A stretch of 32,000 bases of DNA from Nitrosococcus oceani ATCC 19707 (lineage in GTDB: Bacteria; Pseudomonadota; Gammaproteobacteria; Nitrosococcales; Nitrosococcaceae). This document shows positions 6,593 to 15,111 of the stretch, one piece after another; positions within the stretch are counted from its first letter, which is position 1; each line of letters opens with the position of its first letter. Below the pieces are notes generated by a model. It was not told where the DNA came from. It saw only the letters and a list, made by a program, of their open reading frames with translations, and searched no databases. The stretch is taken from the NCBI RefSeq assembly GCF_000012805.1, contig NC_007484.1, forward strand, positions 1,980,001-2,012,000. Direction: 5' to 3'. The translations under genes and the position numbers were made by a program.

Positions 6593-9154
6593 TCAAGCAA
6601 TTAGGGGGAAACCGGCAATAACAGCTATGGTGACAAGCACGGTAATCGCCATAAAATGCCAGTAGAGCCTGACATTGATAATATCGATATCATGCTGGGC
6701 GCTCAATTTTCCCGCCCACCGCCGCGCAATACAATAGAGCTGCATAATTACCCCGATAGCTATATGGACTAAAGTCCATAGGACCAACACCCAAACAATG
6801 GCGGGGTAGACATGCTGGGTCGGGTCCAGTCCCGCCAACCAGGGACCGGCAAAGAGGGCGAGGCCACCCGCAAGCGCCAGGGCAATGGCGGTTACCAAGG
6901 CGCCATGGAAGCCCCCTGCCCAGTCGCGCCTATTCCAATACCGCGCCAATACCATGAGCAGCCACGCGCTCAACAGTAGCGCACCCGCCAGCAGCGGCCA
7001 AAACAGGCCCGGGCCTGGCGAGGGATCAGGCGGAAAATTATCATGCACCGTCCAGTAAAAGAAGTAACCGAACACAAGTCCGGCGTAGGCCGTCATATCC
7101 CCGATCATGGTAATCAACATCGCCCACCAGCCCACCGACTTCGGACCCGATCCGTACAGCGGCAGCGTCAGGCCAAGGCCCACGTCCTTCTCCCCTTTCT
7201 CGGGAATGATAGCCGTTCCCGTCCACAGCCAGAGGAGAATGGTGCCGAGGGCCAACCCACCGCTAATGACGGTTAGCCACCACCAGTGGAAGGTGGCAAA
7301 GATAAACACCCCGCCCGTGAACATGGCCGCAAAGAAGGCGAGGAAGGTTGGCCCCGGCACGCGCAAGCACTGGATGGGCTGGGCGTCAATGGTGGAGGTA
7401 ACAATCGTCTCCCGCTTCCCCTCTTCGGCATCGGGCAGGTAGAAACGGCCCTCATCCACATCGCGCATGAAATTGGGCTGATCCCACAAGGGATAGCGAC
7501 CGTCGATCTCGGGAATGGAGCGGGTGCCCCAAGGCTTGCCGGGCATCTGGGTCAACCATTCCAGGGTGCCCGCGCCCCAGGGATTGCGCTCGGCGTAGGG
7601 CTGTTGCTTTCGTGGGCGGATAACATCCCAAGCGAAGACCGCGACTCCCGCGGCCAGAATGAAGGCGCCCACGGTTGAAATCAGGTTCAACAGATCGAAC
7701 CCCGTATCGGCGGGGTAGGTAAATACCCGCCGGGGCAGACCCTGTAGGCCGCTTAGGTGCATGGGAAAAAAGGCGACATTAAAACCAGTAAATATCAGCC
7801 AAAAGGCAACCTTCCCAAGCCGGTCCGAGAGCTTTTTGCCGTTGACCATGGGAAAAAAATAGTAAAAAGCGGCGAGCACCGGAAAAACCGCGCCGCCAAC
7901 GAGCACATAATGAAGATGAGCCACGATAAAATAGCTGTCATGGGCCTGCATGTTGAAGGGCACCAGGGCCACCATGACGCCAGTCAGTCCTCCAAGCACA
8001 AAGATAACCAGGCCACCGAGGACAAAAAGCATGGGAGTCGAACGCACCACCCGGCCCGCCAAAAGGGTGGCGATAAAACAGAAAATCTGCACCCCCGTTG
8101 GAATAGCCACAGCCACGGAAGCAGCGGAGAAAAACCCCAGGGAAACTCCCGGCAGTCCGGTGGTGAACATATGATGCACCCACAGTCCAAAGCTCAAAAA
8201 GCCCGTGCCCACCGCCGCCAATACGATCCAGCTATATCCCACCATGGGGGTGCGGGCGAATGTCGGCACGATCATCGCCACCAGGGCAATGGAAGGCAGG
8301 AAAATGATATAAACTTCCGGGTGCCCGAAAATCCAAAAGAGATGTTGCCATAAAACTGGGTCACCGCCTCGGGCCACATCGAAAAAGGGCCAATCCAGCA
8401 TCCGCTCCAGCTCAAACAAAATGTCCCCGGCAATAAGTGGGGGGAAGGCAAATAGGACCATGACCGCTACCACCAGAATGTACCAGCCGTAGAGGGGGAT
8501 AAGGTTGATCCGCATGCCCGGCGGCCGGGTCTTCAGCACTCCCACGATAATTTCAACAGCGGCGGCAATGGAAGCCAGTTCGATAAAGCTTAAACCCAGC
8601 AACCAGATATCATTACCAATACCCGGCTGGTACTGGGTCGCTAACGGCGGGTACATAAACCAGCCGCCTTGAGGAGCGGCGTTAAAGAAAATGGAACCGC
8701 AGACGAAAACGCCCCCCAGCACAAAGCTCCAGAAACCATAGGCGGACAGGCGCGGAAAAGGTAAATCCCGGGCGCCTAGCATCTCTGGCAAGACAAAAAT
8801 GGCGAACGCCTCAAAGAGCGGCACGGCAAACAGGAACATCATCACCGAGCCGTGCAACGTAAAGAGCTGGTTATAGGTGTCAGCCGAGACAAAATCGTTT
8901 TCCGGAACCGCGAGCTGAGTGCGCATCAACAGCGCCAGGATGCCGCCGAAGAGGAAAAAGGCGAAGGCGGCTCCCGTATACCACATGCCTACTTCCGAGT
9001 TGTTGACGGCCGACCAGTAACGCCACCCTTGGGGCGTTTTCCAAGCTTTCAGCAACCGTTCTTCCTGGGCGCGCTGGACTTCCAGTGGCGGGGCTTCGGC
9101 AAGAGGTTCTACATCCCGAGGGGATTTTTCGAATGGCTTCTCCGACTCTTTCAT
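6593..9154 (-). CDS. ctaD: haem-copper oxidase subunit I fused to subunit III (caa3-type)
   Basis: 853 aa. Subunit I hallmarks are present (LFWIFGHPEVYIIFLP, HHMFTTG, AHLHYVLVGG). About 300 extra C-terminal residues of multi-TM sequence are consistent with a fused subunit III. Confidence 0.9.
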   Translation of the reverse strand: MKESEKPFEKSPRDVEPLAEAPPLEVQRAQEERLLKAWKTPQGWRYWSAVNNSEVGMWYTGAAFAFFLFGGILALLMRTQLAVPENDFVSADTYNQLFTLHGSVMMFLFAVPLFEAFAIFVLPEMLGARDLPFPRLSAYGFWSFVLGGVFVCGSIFFNAAPQGGWFMYPPLATQYQPGIGNDIWLLGLSFIELASIAAAVEIIVGVLKTRPPGMRINLIPLYGWYILVVAVMVLFAFPPLIAGDILFELERMLDWPFFDVARGGDPVLWQHLFWIFGHPEVYIIFLPSIALVAMIVPTFARTPMVGYSWIVLAAVGTGFLSFGLWVHHMFTTGLPGVSLGFFSAASVAVAIPTGVQIFCFIATLLAGRVVRSTPMLFVLGGLVIFVLGGLTGVMVALVPFNMQAHDSYFIVAHLHYVLVGGAVFPVLAAFYYFFPMVNGKKLSDRLGKVAFWLIFTGFNVAFFPMHLSGLQGLPRRVFTYPADTGFDLLNLISTVGAFILAAGVAVFAWDVIRPRKQQPYAERNPWGAGTLEWLTQMPGKPWGTRSIPEIDGRYPLWDQPNFMRDVDEGRFYLPDAEEGKRETIVTSTIDAQPIQCLRVPGPTFLAFFAAMFTGGVFIFATFHWWWLTVISGGLALGTILLWLWTGTAIIPEKGEKDVGLGLTLPLYGSGPKSVGWWAMLITMIGDMTAYAGLVFGYFFYWTVHDNFPPDPSPGPGLFWPLLAGALLLSAWLLMVLARYWNRRDWAGGFHGALVTAIALALAGGLALFAGPWLAGLDPTQHVYPAIVWVLVLWTLVHIAIGVIMQLYCIARRWAGKLSAQHDIDIINVRLYWHFMAITVLVTIAVIAGFPLIA

Positions 9155-9466
9155 AAAATATTAGGCGCGGAGACTGCCGCCGTTAGGTGACAGAGGAAGC
9201 GCCATCCTCCTGTTCAATGTGTTACGATTGCTACAGTAGCTGGGTGCGTTGCGTTTAAATCGCCTGTCGTAATATCGTAGGTAGGTAGGCACGCCACGTA
9301 ACACGTCGCTGCTCTCCTGAGTCCTGCCGCCTACGGCTATGCGTAAGCCAGCGAGGATGCCTTGAGGGATTGCCGGGTGGAAACCCTCTGTAAAAGGCTG
9401 AGTTTGCAGGCTGTTTAAATACATAAGTCCTCGTAAAAAGCCGTCAGCTTAAGCACTGATGGTTGT

Positions 9467-10525
9467 TTACTGCAATCCTTCCAAGAACATCGCCAGCGCC
9501 CGCAAATCCTTCTCGGGCAACATTCCAAAGGCAGGCATGTGGACTCCCGGCTTGACTTTTTCGGTATGGGCGATCCAGCGTAGAAACGCTGCCGGTTTGT
9601 TGGGCAGAGTGCCAGCACCCAGGCTTAGCCGGCTGCCCACATGGGTAAGATCAGGCCCCACCTGGCCGTCGGCCGCCGTGCCGCGGATGGTGTGACAGGC
9701 GCTACAGCCCTCAAACTGGAATAACTCCTGGCCGCGTGCCGCCAACGCCTGCTGGGGCACCGCCGCCGGCTGTCCTTGAGCCGCCAGCCAGGCGGCAAAG
9801 GCATCTGGCGTCATCACCACCACATCCAGTTTCATGAGCGCATGGGCGCTGCCACAGTACTCGGCACAGACCCCATGATAAACGCCGACCTTGGTGGCTT
9901 TAAGCGTCAGCCGGCTAATCCGCCCTGGAATCATGTCCATCTTACCGGTCAAGGAAGGCACCCAGAAAGAGTGAATGACATCAGGGCTGTCAAGTAACAA
10001 ATTAACGGACTCCCCCAGCGGGAGACGGATTTCGTTGGCAAGCTCGATGACCTCTCCCCCGCTAGAAGAAAGATAGCGTACCCGCCACCACCACTGCTCG
10101 CCCGAAACGGCAATCTGGAGATCATCTGAATCCGCTGGCTTCAGCAATGCCGGCATCAGCGATAATCCATAGGTCAGGTAAATGGTGAGCACTAATATCG
10201 GGAAAATAACGCCACCGCCAATGATCAGGAGCTTGGCCCGGCGGTGCGGGTGCGCGCCAGGCCGAAGCTGGGCAGCATAAACGGCCAGGCCAACAACCAA
10301 AATCCAGATAAGGGTATTAACGGCAACCAGCCACCAGAAAAGCTGAGCGATCTGCTCCGCCCCACGTCCCGCCGGATTGAGCGCCGACTGTGGTCCCTCG
10401 CACCCCATTATTCCTAAGACGCTCGCGCCAAGAAACGCCCCGCTTATATTGCCACGTAAAAGATGCCGGATAGACCTAATCCGTCTCACAGTCTTTAAGG
10501 ATACCGCTCCAATTGATAGCAACAT
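9467..10525 (-). CDS. ctaC: cytochrome c oxidase subunit II with C-terminal cytochrome c domain
   Basis: 352 aa with the CuA site HSFWVP...CAEYCGSAHALM and a C-terminal CSACH haem c motif. A possible lipobox (GIMGC) follows a long basic N-region. No obvious SD, so the start is uncertain. Confidence 0.88.
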   Translation of the reverse strand: MLLSIGAVSLKTVRRIRSIRHLLRGNISGAFLGASVLGIMGCEGPQSALNPAGRGAEQIAQLFWWLVAVNTLIWILVVGLAVYAAQLRPGAHPHRRAKLLIIGGGVIFPILVLTIYLTYGLSLMPALLKPADSDDLQIAVSGEQWWWRVRYLSSSGGEVIELANEIRLPLGESVNLLLDSPDVIHSFWVPSLTGKMDMIPGRISRLTLKATKVGVYHGVCAEYCGSAHALMKLDVVVMTPDAFAAWLAAQGQPAAVPQQALAARGQELFQFEGCSACHTIRGTAADGQVGPDLTHVGSRLSLGAGTLPNKPAAFLRWIAHTEKVKPGVHMPAFGMLPEKDLRALAMFLEGLQ

Positions 10526-10693
10526 ACCAGCAAGAATAAATGATGAGTCCCCTCTGCTAGTAGGGGAATAAATTCTCTTAAAATTTTTAATTTAACCGGC
10601 CGCCGGCCGAACACTTTAACAGCAGTATAGACGATGATTTCAGAATATACTGCTCATAATTGCTATTCGGAGGCTTGGCCAGGGAGGCGGCTG

Positions 10694-12958
10694 TTATCCA
10701 GGCACTTTTCTCTGACTTCCTCTGCCTTCTCCTGGCACCACTGCCCAGCCCGGCCGATACTCTTTGCGCCAGTAGGTGACCACTGCAGGCGCTGCTCCCA
10801 GAACAAGGACGGCTAACAGTGCCCCCAGGGGCCAGAGCAAGGGACGATTCCATTCCTTCCGCAGCCGCGCCCGCAGTTGAGGATCAATGCGGCGGTATTT
10901 GAGGGTATTATTAGCCATTAAATTAGGCTGGACATTGAAATTCCAGGCATGGAGCAAGCTCACCTCCTTAGGATGAAACCCCCATACCCAAGGGGCATCC
11001 CGGCGAACAATAGCCACCATCTTCCAAATCTTGGTCAGGCGCTCCGGGCCATTTTCCATGCTTTTCATTTCTTGAAAAAGCCGGTTAAACTCAGGATTGC
11101 TGTAGTTGGCCGCATTCTCCCCCCCATGGCGAACTTTGCCCTCCGGCCCATAGAGCAAAAAGAGAAAGTTTTCTGGATCGGGATAATCAGCAGTCCATCC
11201 CCATTGAAAAATCTGGGCATTTCCCTGACGCATTTTATCTTGAAAGCGGTTGTAATCAGTCTCGCGCACAACTAATTGGATATTCAACTTTTGGAATTGC
11301 TTCCGCATCCAACTTACTAAAGACGCACTGTCCGGGCCCTTACCCGTGGTATCGAAATATAATAAAAGAGGTTTGCCGCTCTCGGCGTCCCGGCCATTCG
11401 GATAACCGGCCTCAATCAAGAGCCGGCGGGCTGTCTGGAGAGACTTGCGGCGAGGCTGTCCGTTCTTCCAGTTATAAACATGGGGATTAATACCCTCTTT
11501 ACCACTTTGGTGGCCAAAAATCCCGGGCGGTAAAGGTCCCTGGGCGGCAATCCCCTGGCTATTAGCAAAAATGGAAATAAACTCCTCATAGTCAATGGCA
11601 ATGGAAATGGCCTGGCGCAGTTTACGTGCCCGCTCGCTATCGCCCCCGACTATCGGGTCCAGCATATTAAAACCCAGATAAGAGATGGAAGTCCCGATAG
11701 CCGTAACCAGCTTGATCCCCTTGGTTTTCATCTCCTCAGTCAAAGTCAGCTCTTCTCCTCCTCCAGCAATACGTAAAGCCTGATCAAAACTATCCGAGGT
11801 GACTGCGGACGTATCGTAGTAGCCTTGCAAGAATTTATTCCAATAGGGGATACTCTCCTTTTCCAGGCTAAACACGACCCGATCGATGAAAGGCAAGGAC
11901 TCGCCCCCGTCCACCAGGAGACCAGCCGCTTTATCGCCTGGCATCCCCTGAGCAGGATAAGTCTCGCCATGGAAGTTCGGATTACGCTCCAGCACCATGC
12001 GGCGGTTAGGGTCATTTTCCGTGAGCATATAGGGACCCGTGCCGACAGGATACCAATCAAGGTTCAAATTGCGTTCCGCCATGCCTGACTGAGCATAAAA
12101 CCGATCCGCCTCCCAGGGCACCGGAGCAAAAAAAGGCATGGCCAGCCAGTAGCGCAGTTGGGGATATTTACCTTCGATGGTCAAGCGATAAGTATAGCGG
12201 TCCACCACTTCCGCTCCCCGAAGAGGGTAAGCGCGAAGATCTAAATAGTTTCCCTTGTCCTTCTCTTGAGCCGCCACCAAAGTTTGGGTATAGGTCTTCA
12301 TTCCCACGATATAACGGCTCATCAGGCCCAAAATGGGGGAATGCACCCAGGGGGAAGCCAGGCGTTTGATTTGGTAAACATAATCGGCCGCTACCAATTC
12401 CCGGCTACCCCTATGGGGAAAATCGCTAAGCTTATAGATTCCAGCCAACTCTCCAGGGCTTAGCTCATGATAGAGAAACCGGCCCGTTTCATCCTTGGCA
12501 AATGCGGGATGGGGTTGATAATGAATGCCTGGCTGAATCTGAATTTCATAAATGCTATAGGCTACCTCTCTAAACGGGGCTTCTGGGGGAAGAGGATTGC
12601 CGGCGGCGTCCACGTAAGTCACCTGGGGCATGGCTTGAGCGGTCAGAGGCTCCAGGCTGTAGGGGCGCAAGAGATAATGATATTGCAGGGGAGGCTCATA
12701 AATCTGGCCAGTAAAGACTATTTCATTAGCACTATAGGAACGAGCCGGGTCCAGGGTCTTAGGGCGTAAATTGAAGCTTGAATAGGCGACATTTTGGACC
12801 TTGCCGGCGGCAGGATAAGGACTGTTCAATACTTCTCCGCTACAAGCCGTCAACCACGGCAAAGCGAAGACTCCCAACCAGCGCACGAGAGAAAATACCA
12901 AGGGGCCTCCTAACATGCTCATGAAATATCCATTATAGTTCATGGAAGGAAAAGTCAA
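10694..12958 (-). CDS. extracellular solute-binding protein, family 5 (peptide/nickel/SapA-YejA-like), lipoprotein with extra C-terminal TM helix
   Basis: 754 aa with a lipobox (LPWLTAC) and a family-5 SBP-like body. The C-terminal segment LLWPLGALLAVLVLGAAPAVVTYW is followed by a basic tail. The start is uncertain: TTG at 12958, or ATG at 12943, 12922 or 12916. Confidence 0.75.
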   Translation of the reverse strand: MTFPSMNYNGYFMSMLGGPLVFSLVRWLGVFALPWLTACSGEVLNSPYPAAGKVQNVAYSSFNLRPKTLDPARSYSANEIVFTGQIYEPPLQYHYLLRPYSLEPLTAQAMPQVTYVDAAGNPLPPEAPFREVAYSIYEIQIQPGIHYQPHPAFAKDETGRFLYHELSPGELAGIYKLSDFPHRGSRELVAADYVYQIKRLASPWVHSPILGLMSRYIVGMKTYTQTLVAAQEKDKGNYLDLRAYPLRGAEVVDRYTYRLTIEGKYPQLRYWLAMPFFAPVPWEADRFYAQSGMAERNLNLDWYPVGTGPYMLTENDPNRRMVLERNPNFHGETYPAQGMPGDKAAGLLVDGGESLPFIDRVVFSLEKESIPYWNKFLQGYYDTSAVTSDSFDQALRIAGGGEELTLTEEMKTKGIKLVTAIGTSISYLGFNMLDPIVGGDSERARKLRQAISIAIDYEEFISIFANSQGIAAQGPLPPGIFGHQSGKEGINPHVYNWKNGQPRRKSLQTARRLLIEAGYPNGRDAESGKPLLLYFDTTGKGPDSASLVSWMRKQFQKLNIQLVVRETDYNRFQDKMRQGNAQIFQWGWTADYPDPENFLFLLYGPEGKVRHGGENAANYSNPEFNRLFQEMKSMENGPERLTKIWKMVAIVRRDAPWVWGFHPKEVSLLHAWNFNVQPNLMANNTLKYRRIDPQLRARLRKEWNRPLLWPLGALLAVLVLGAAPAVVTYWRKEYRPGWAVVPGEGRGSQRKVPG

Positions 12959-12980
12959 TTTTCTTCCCCTTTCGGAAATG

Positions 12981-13012
12981 GCTAATTTCGGGTAGCTTTA
13001 CCCGCTAATTTC
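12981..13012. promoter_or_regulatory. direct-repeat/palindrome/direct-repeat motif in SBP-fabI divergent promoter
   Basis: gctaatttc (12981-12989), the palindrome cgggta-gctt-tacccg (12989-13004), then gctaatttc (13004-13012). It lies inside the 85-nt divergent intergenic region. Confidence 0.2.
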
Positions 13013-13043
13013 TAAGAACACGAGACTTGAGGAGACATAATTT

Positions 13044-13823
13044 ATGGGTTTTCTAGCAGATAAAAAAGCTCTTATTGTAGGTATCGCCAGCCCCCGCTCC
13101 ATTGCTTGGGGAATTGCCCAGGCCATGAAGCGGGAAGGCGCGGAACTGGCGCTGACCTATCAAAATGAGAAACTTCAGGGACGGGTTGAAAAGCTGGCCC
13201 TCCAATGCGATACCGATATTACCCTGCCCTGCGATGTCAGCAACGACGAACAAATCGAGGAACTGTTTACCCATTTAGACGATTATTGGGATCATGTGGA
13301 TATCATTGTCCACTCGGTGGCCTTTGCGCCCCGGGATCAATTGCAAGGGGACTACCTGGAAAACGTTACCCGGGAAGGCTTCCGGACTGCTCACGATATC
13401 AGTTCCTATAGCTTTGCCGCCCTCGCCAAAGCAGGCCGGACCATGATGCATGGCCGCAATGGCGCCCTCCTCACGCTCAGCTACCTAGGCGCGGAACGAA
13501 CCATCCCTAACTATAATGTCATGGGGGTAGCAAAAGCTAGTCTCGAAGCCAATGTACGCTATATGGCCACCGCCCTAGGGTCCGAGGGAATCCGGGTTAA
13601 TGCCGTCTCCGCCGGTCCCATCAAAACGTTAGCCGCGGCAGGTATTGACGATTTCAATAAATTTCTGACTTATTCCGAGCGCAATACGCCCCTCAAACGC
13701 AACGTCACTACGGAGGAAGTCGGCAATGCAGCAGCTTTTCTGTGCTCCGATTTAGCCTCTGGCATTACCGGCGAAATCCTTTATGTGGACGGGGGCTATC
13801 ATATCATCGGGATGGGCGAATAG
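13044..13823 (+). CDS. fabI: enoyl-[acyl-carrier-protein] reductase (NADH)
   Basis: 259 aa. The N-terminus ([28 protein letters not shown]) and the SDR-type Y...K region ([12 protein letters not shown]) are typical of FabI. gaggag SD upstream. Confidence 0.95.
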   Translation: MGFLADKKALIVGIASPRSIAWGIAQAMKREGAELALTYQNEKLQGRVEKLALQCDTDITLPCDVSNDEQIEELFTHLDDYWDHVDIIVHSVAFAPRDQLQGDYLENVTREGFRTAHDISSYSFAALAKAGRTMMHGRNGALLTLSYLGAERTIPNYNVMGVAKASLEANVRYMATALGSEGIRVNAVSAGPIKTLAAAGIDDFNKFLTYSERNTPLKRNVTTEEVGNAAAFLCSDLASGITGEILYVDGGYHIIGMGE

Positions 13824-13889
13824 CTGGATAACTGCCGACGCCTTCCTTGCGCAATAATCTAAAAACAGCAAAAACGGGATTTTCTAACC

Positions 13890-15107
13890 ATGCCCCATCG
13901 CACAGCGCTTATACTCCTTGGATTGATTATCGTTGGCGTGATCGCAGGCGTCCTGGCGGGATGGTACGCTGGCCCCAGGATGGAAGCCGTAGCCTGGCTG
14001 GGCGCCCTATTCCTCAACGCCCTCAAGATGACTATCATCCCCCTTATTCTATCCGCAGTGATTACCGGTGTAGCCAGCTTAGGGGATGTCCGTAAACTAG
14101 GCCGGGTAGGTACGATCACTATCGGCTACTATGCCTGCACTACCGCTATTGCGGTGGCTATTGGCCTCCTCATGGTTAATCTTATCCAACCCGGCAGCGG
14201 TATTTCCCTTGGAGAAGGGCCGATTCCAGAAGGGGTAGCCGCCAAGGGAGAGATGGGCATTGACGACATTTTACTCTCTCTGGTCTCTCCTAATCTGGTC
14301 AACGCCGCGGCTGAAGGACAGCTCTTGCCTCTTATCGTCTTTGCTATTTTATTCTCTGCCACCCTCACCACCCTGGGAGATAAGGGCCAGCCGGTGCTGG
14401 CCTTCTTTGAGGGCGTCAACGAAGCCATGATGAAGTTAGTGGTATGGATCATGTATCTGGCACCAGTGGGTATCTTCGCCCTGATTGCCGCCCGCCTGGG
14501 ACAAACCGGCGGCGGGGAAGCCTTTCTCGGGGAGGTCAGCGCCGTGGGCTGGCATGTGGTGACGGTACTTTCCGGATTGGCCCTGCACTTTGGGGTGTTG
14601 CTGCTAATATTATTTTTTATTACCGGCCGGGGTTGGGATTACCTGTTCACCATGCTCCGCGCCCTGCTGACCGCCTTTGGCACGGCCAGCTCCTCCGCCA
14701 CACTACCCCTCACCATGGAGTGCGTACGGGAAAATGGCATTGATCCCCGAGCCGTCCGTTTCGTCTTACCCTTGGGTTCCACCATCAATATGGATGGTAC
14801 AGCCCTATACGAATCAGCGGCGGCGATGTTCATCGCCCAAGCTTATGGAATTTCTCTGGGCTTGGAACAACAGGCCCTTATCTTTGTAACAGCCACTCTA
14901 GCCGCCATTGGCGCCGCGGGCATTCCCGAGGCTGGTTTAGTCACCCTTGTCATTGTATTAAATGCCGTCGGCCTCCCCCTTGAAGGGGTGGGACTGCTGC
15001 TCGCCGTTGACTGGTTTCTAGATCGCTTTCGCACCTCCATCAATGTCTGGGGCGATTCAGTAGGAGCCGCCGTTTTGGCCCGCTTTTTACCTAATAACCC
15101 AAGCTAG
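13890..15107 (+). CDS. dicarboxylate/amino acid:cation symporter (DAACS family)
   Basis: 405 aa, multi-TM, with the DAACS signatures ASSSATLP and NMDGTALYE. Confidence 0.9.
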   Translation: MPHRTALILLGLIIVGVIAGVLAGWYAGPRMEAVAWLGALFLNALKMTIIPLILSAVITGVASLGDVRKLGRVGTITIGYYACTTAIAVAIGLLMVNLIQPGSGISLGEGPIPEGVAAKGEMGIDDILLSLVSPNLVNAAAEGQLLPLIVFAILFSATLTTLGDKGQPVLAFFEGVNEAMMKLVVWIMYLAPVGIFALIAARLGQTGGGEAFLGEVSAVGWHVVTVLSGLALHFGVLLLILFFITGRGWDYLFTMLRALLTAFGTASSSATLPLTMECVRENGIDPRAVRFVLPLGSTINMDGTALYESAAAMFIAQAYGISLGLEQQALIFVTATLAAIGAAGIPEAGLVTLVIVLNAVGLPLEGVGLLLAVDWFLDRFRTSINVWGDSVGAAVLARFLPNNPS

Positions 15108-15111
15108 AGGC

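Noticed and set aside
9161-9424. 87-aa ORF filling the coxII-coxI spacer
   Set aside because: I did not call it as a CDS. It has no SD and no hydrophobic segment, despite sitting in a membrane-complex operon, and its composition looks like random translation. It is kept as an alternative explanation in the spacer finding.
10561-10653. Small repeats and hairpins between the SBP stop and the coxII start (ccggccg-ccggccg at about 10595-10610; agcagtata/tatactgct at 10621-10653)
   Set aside because: The stems are short with large loops or are self-complementary hexamers, and there is no U-tract. This is plausibly a weak terminator or promoter context, but nothing can be supported specifically.
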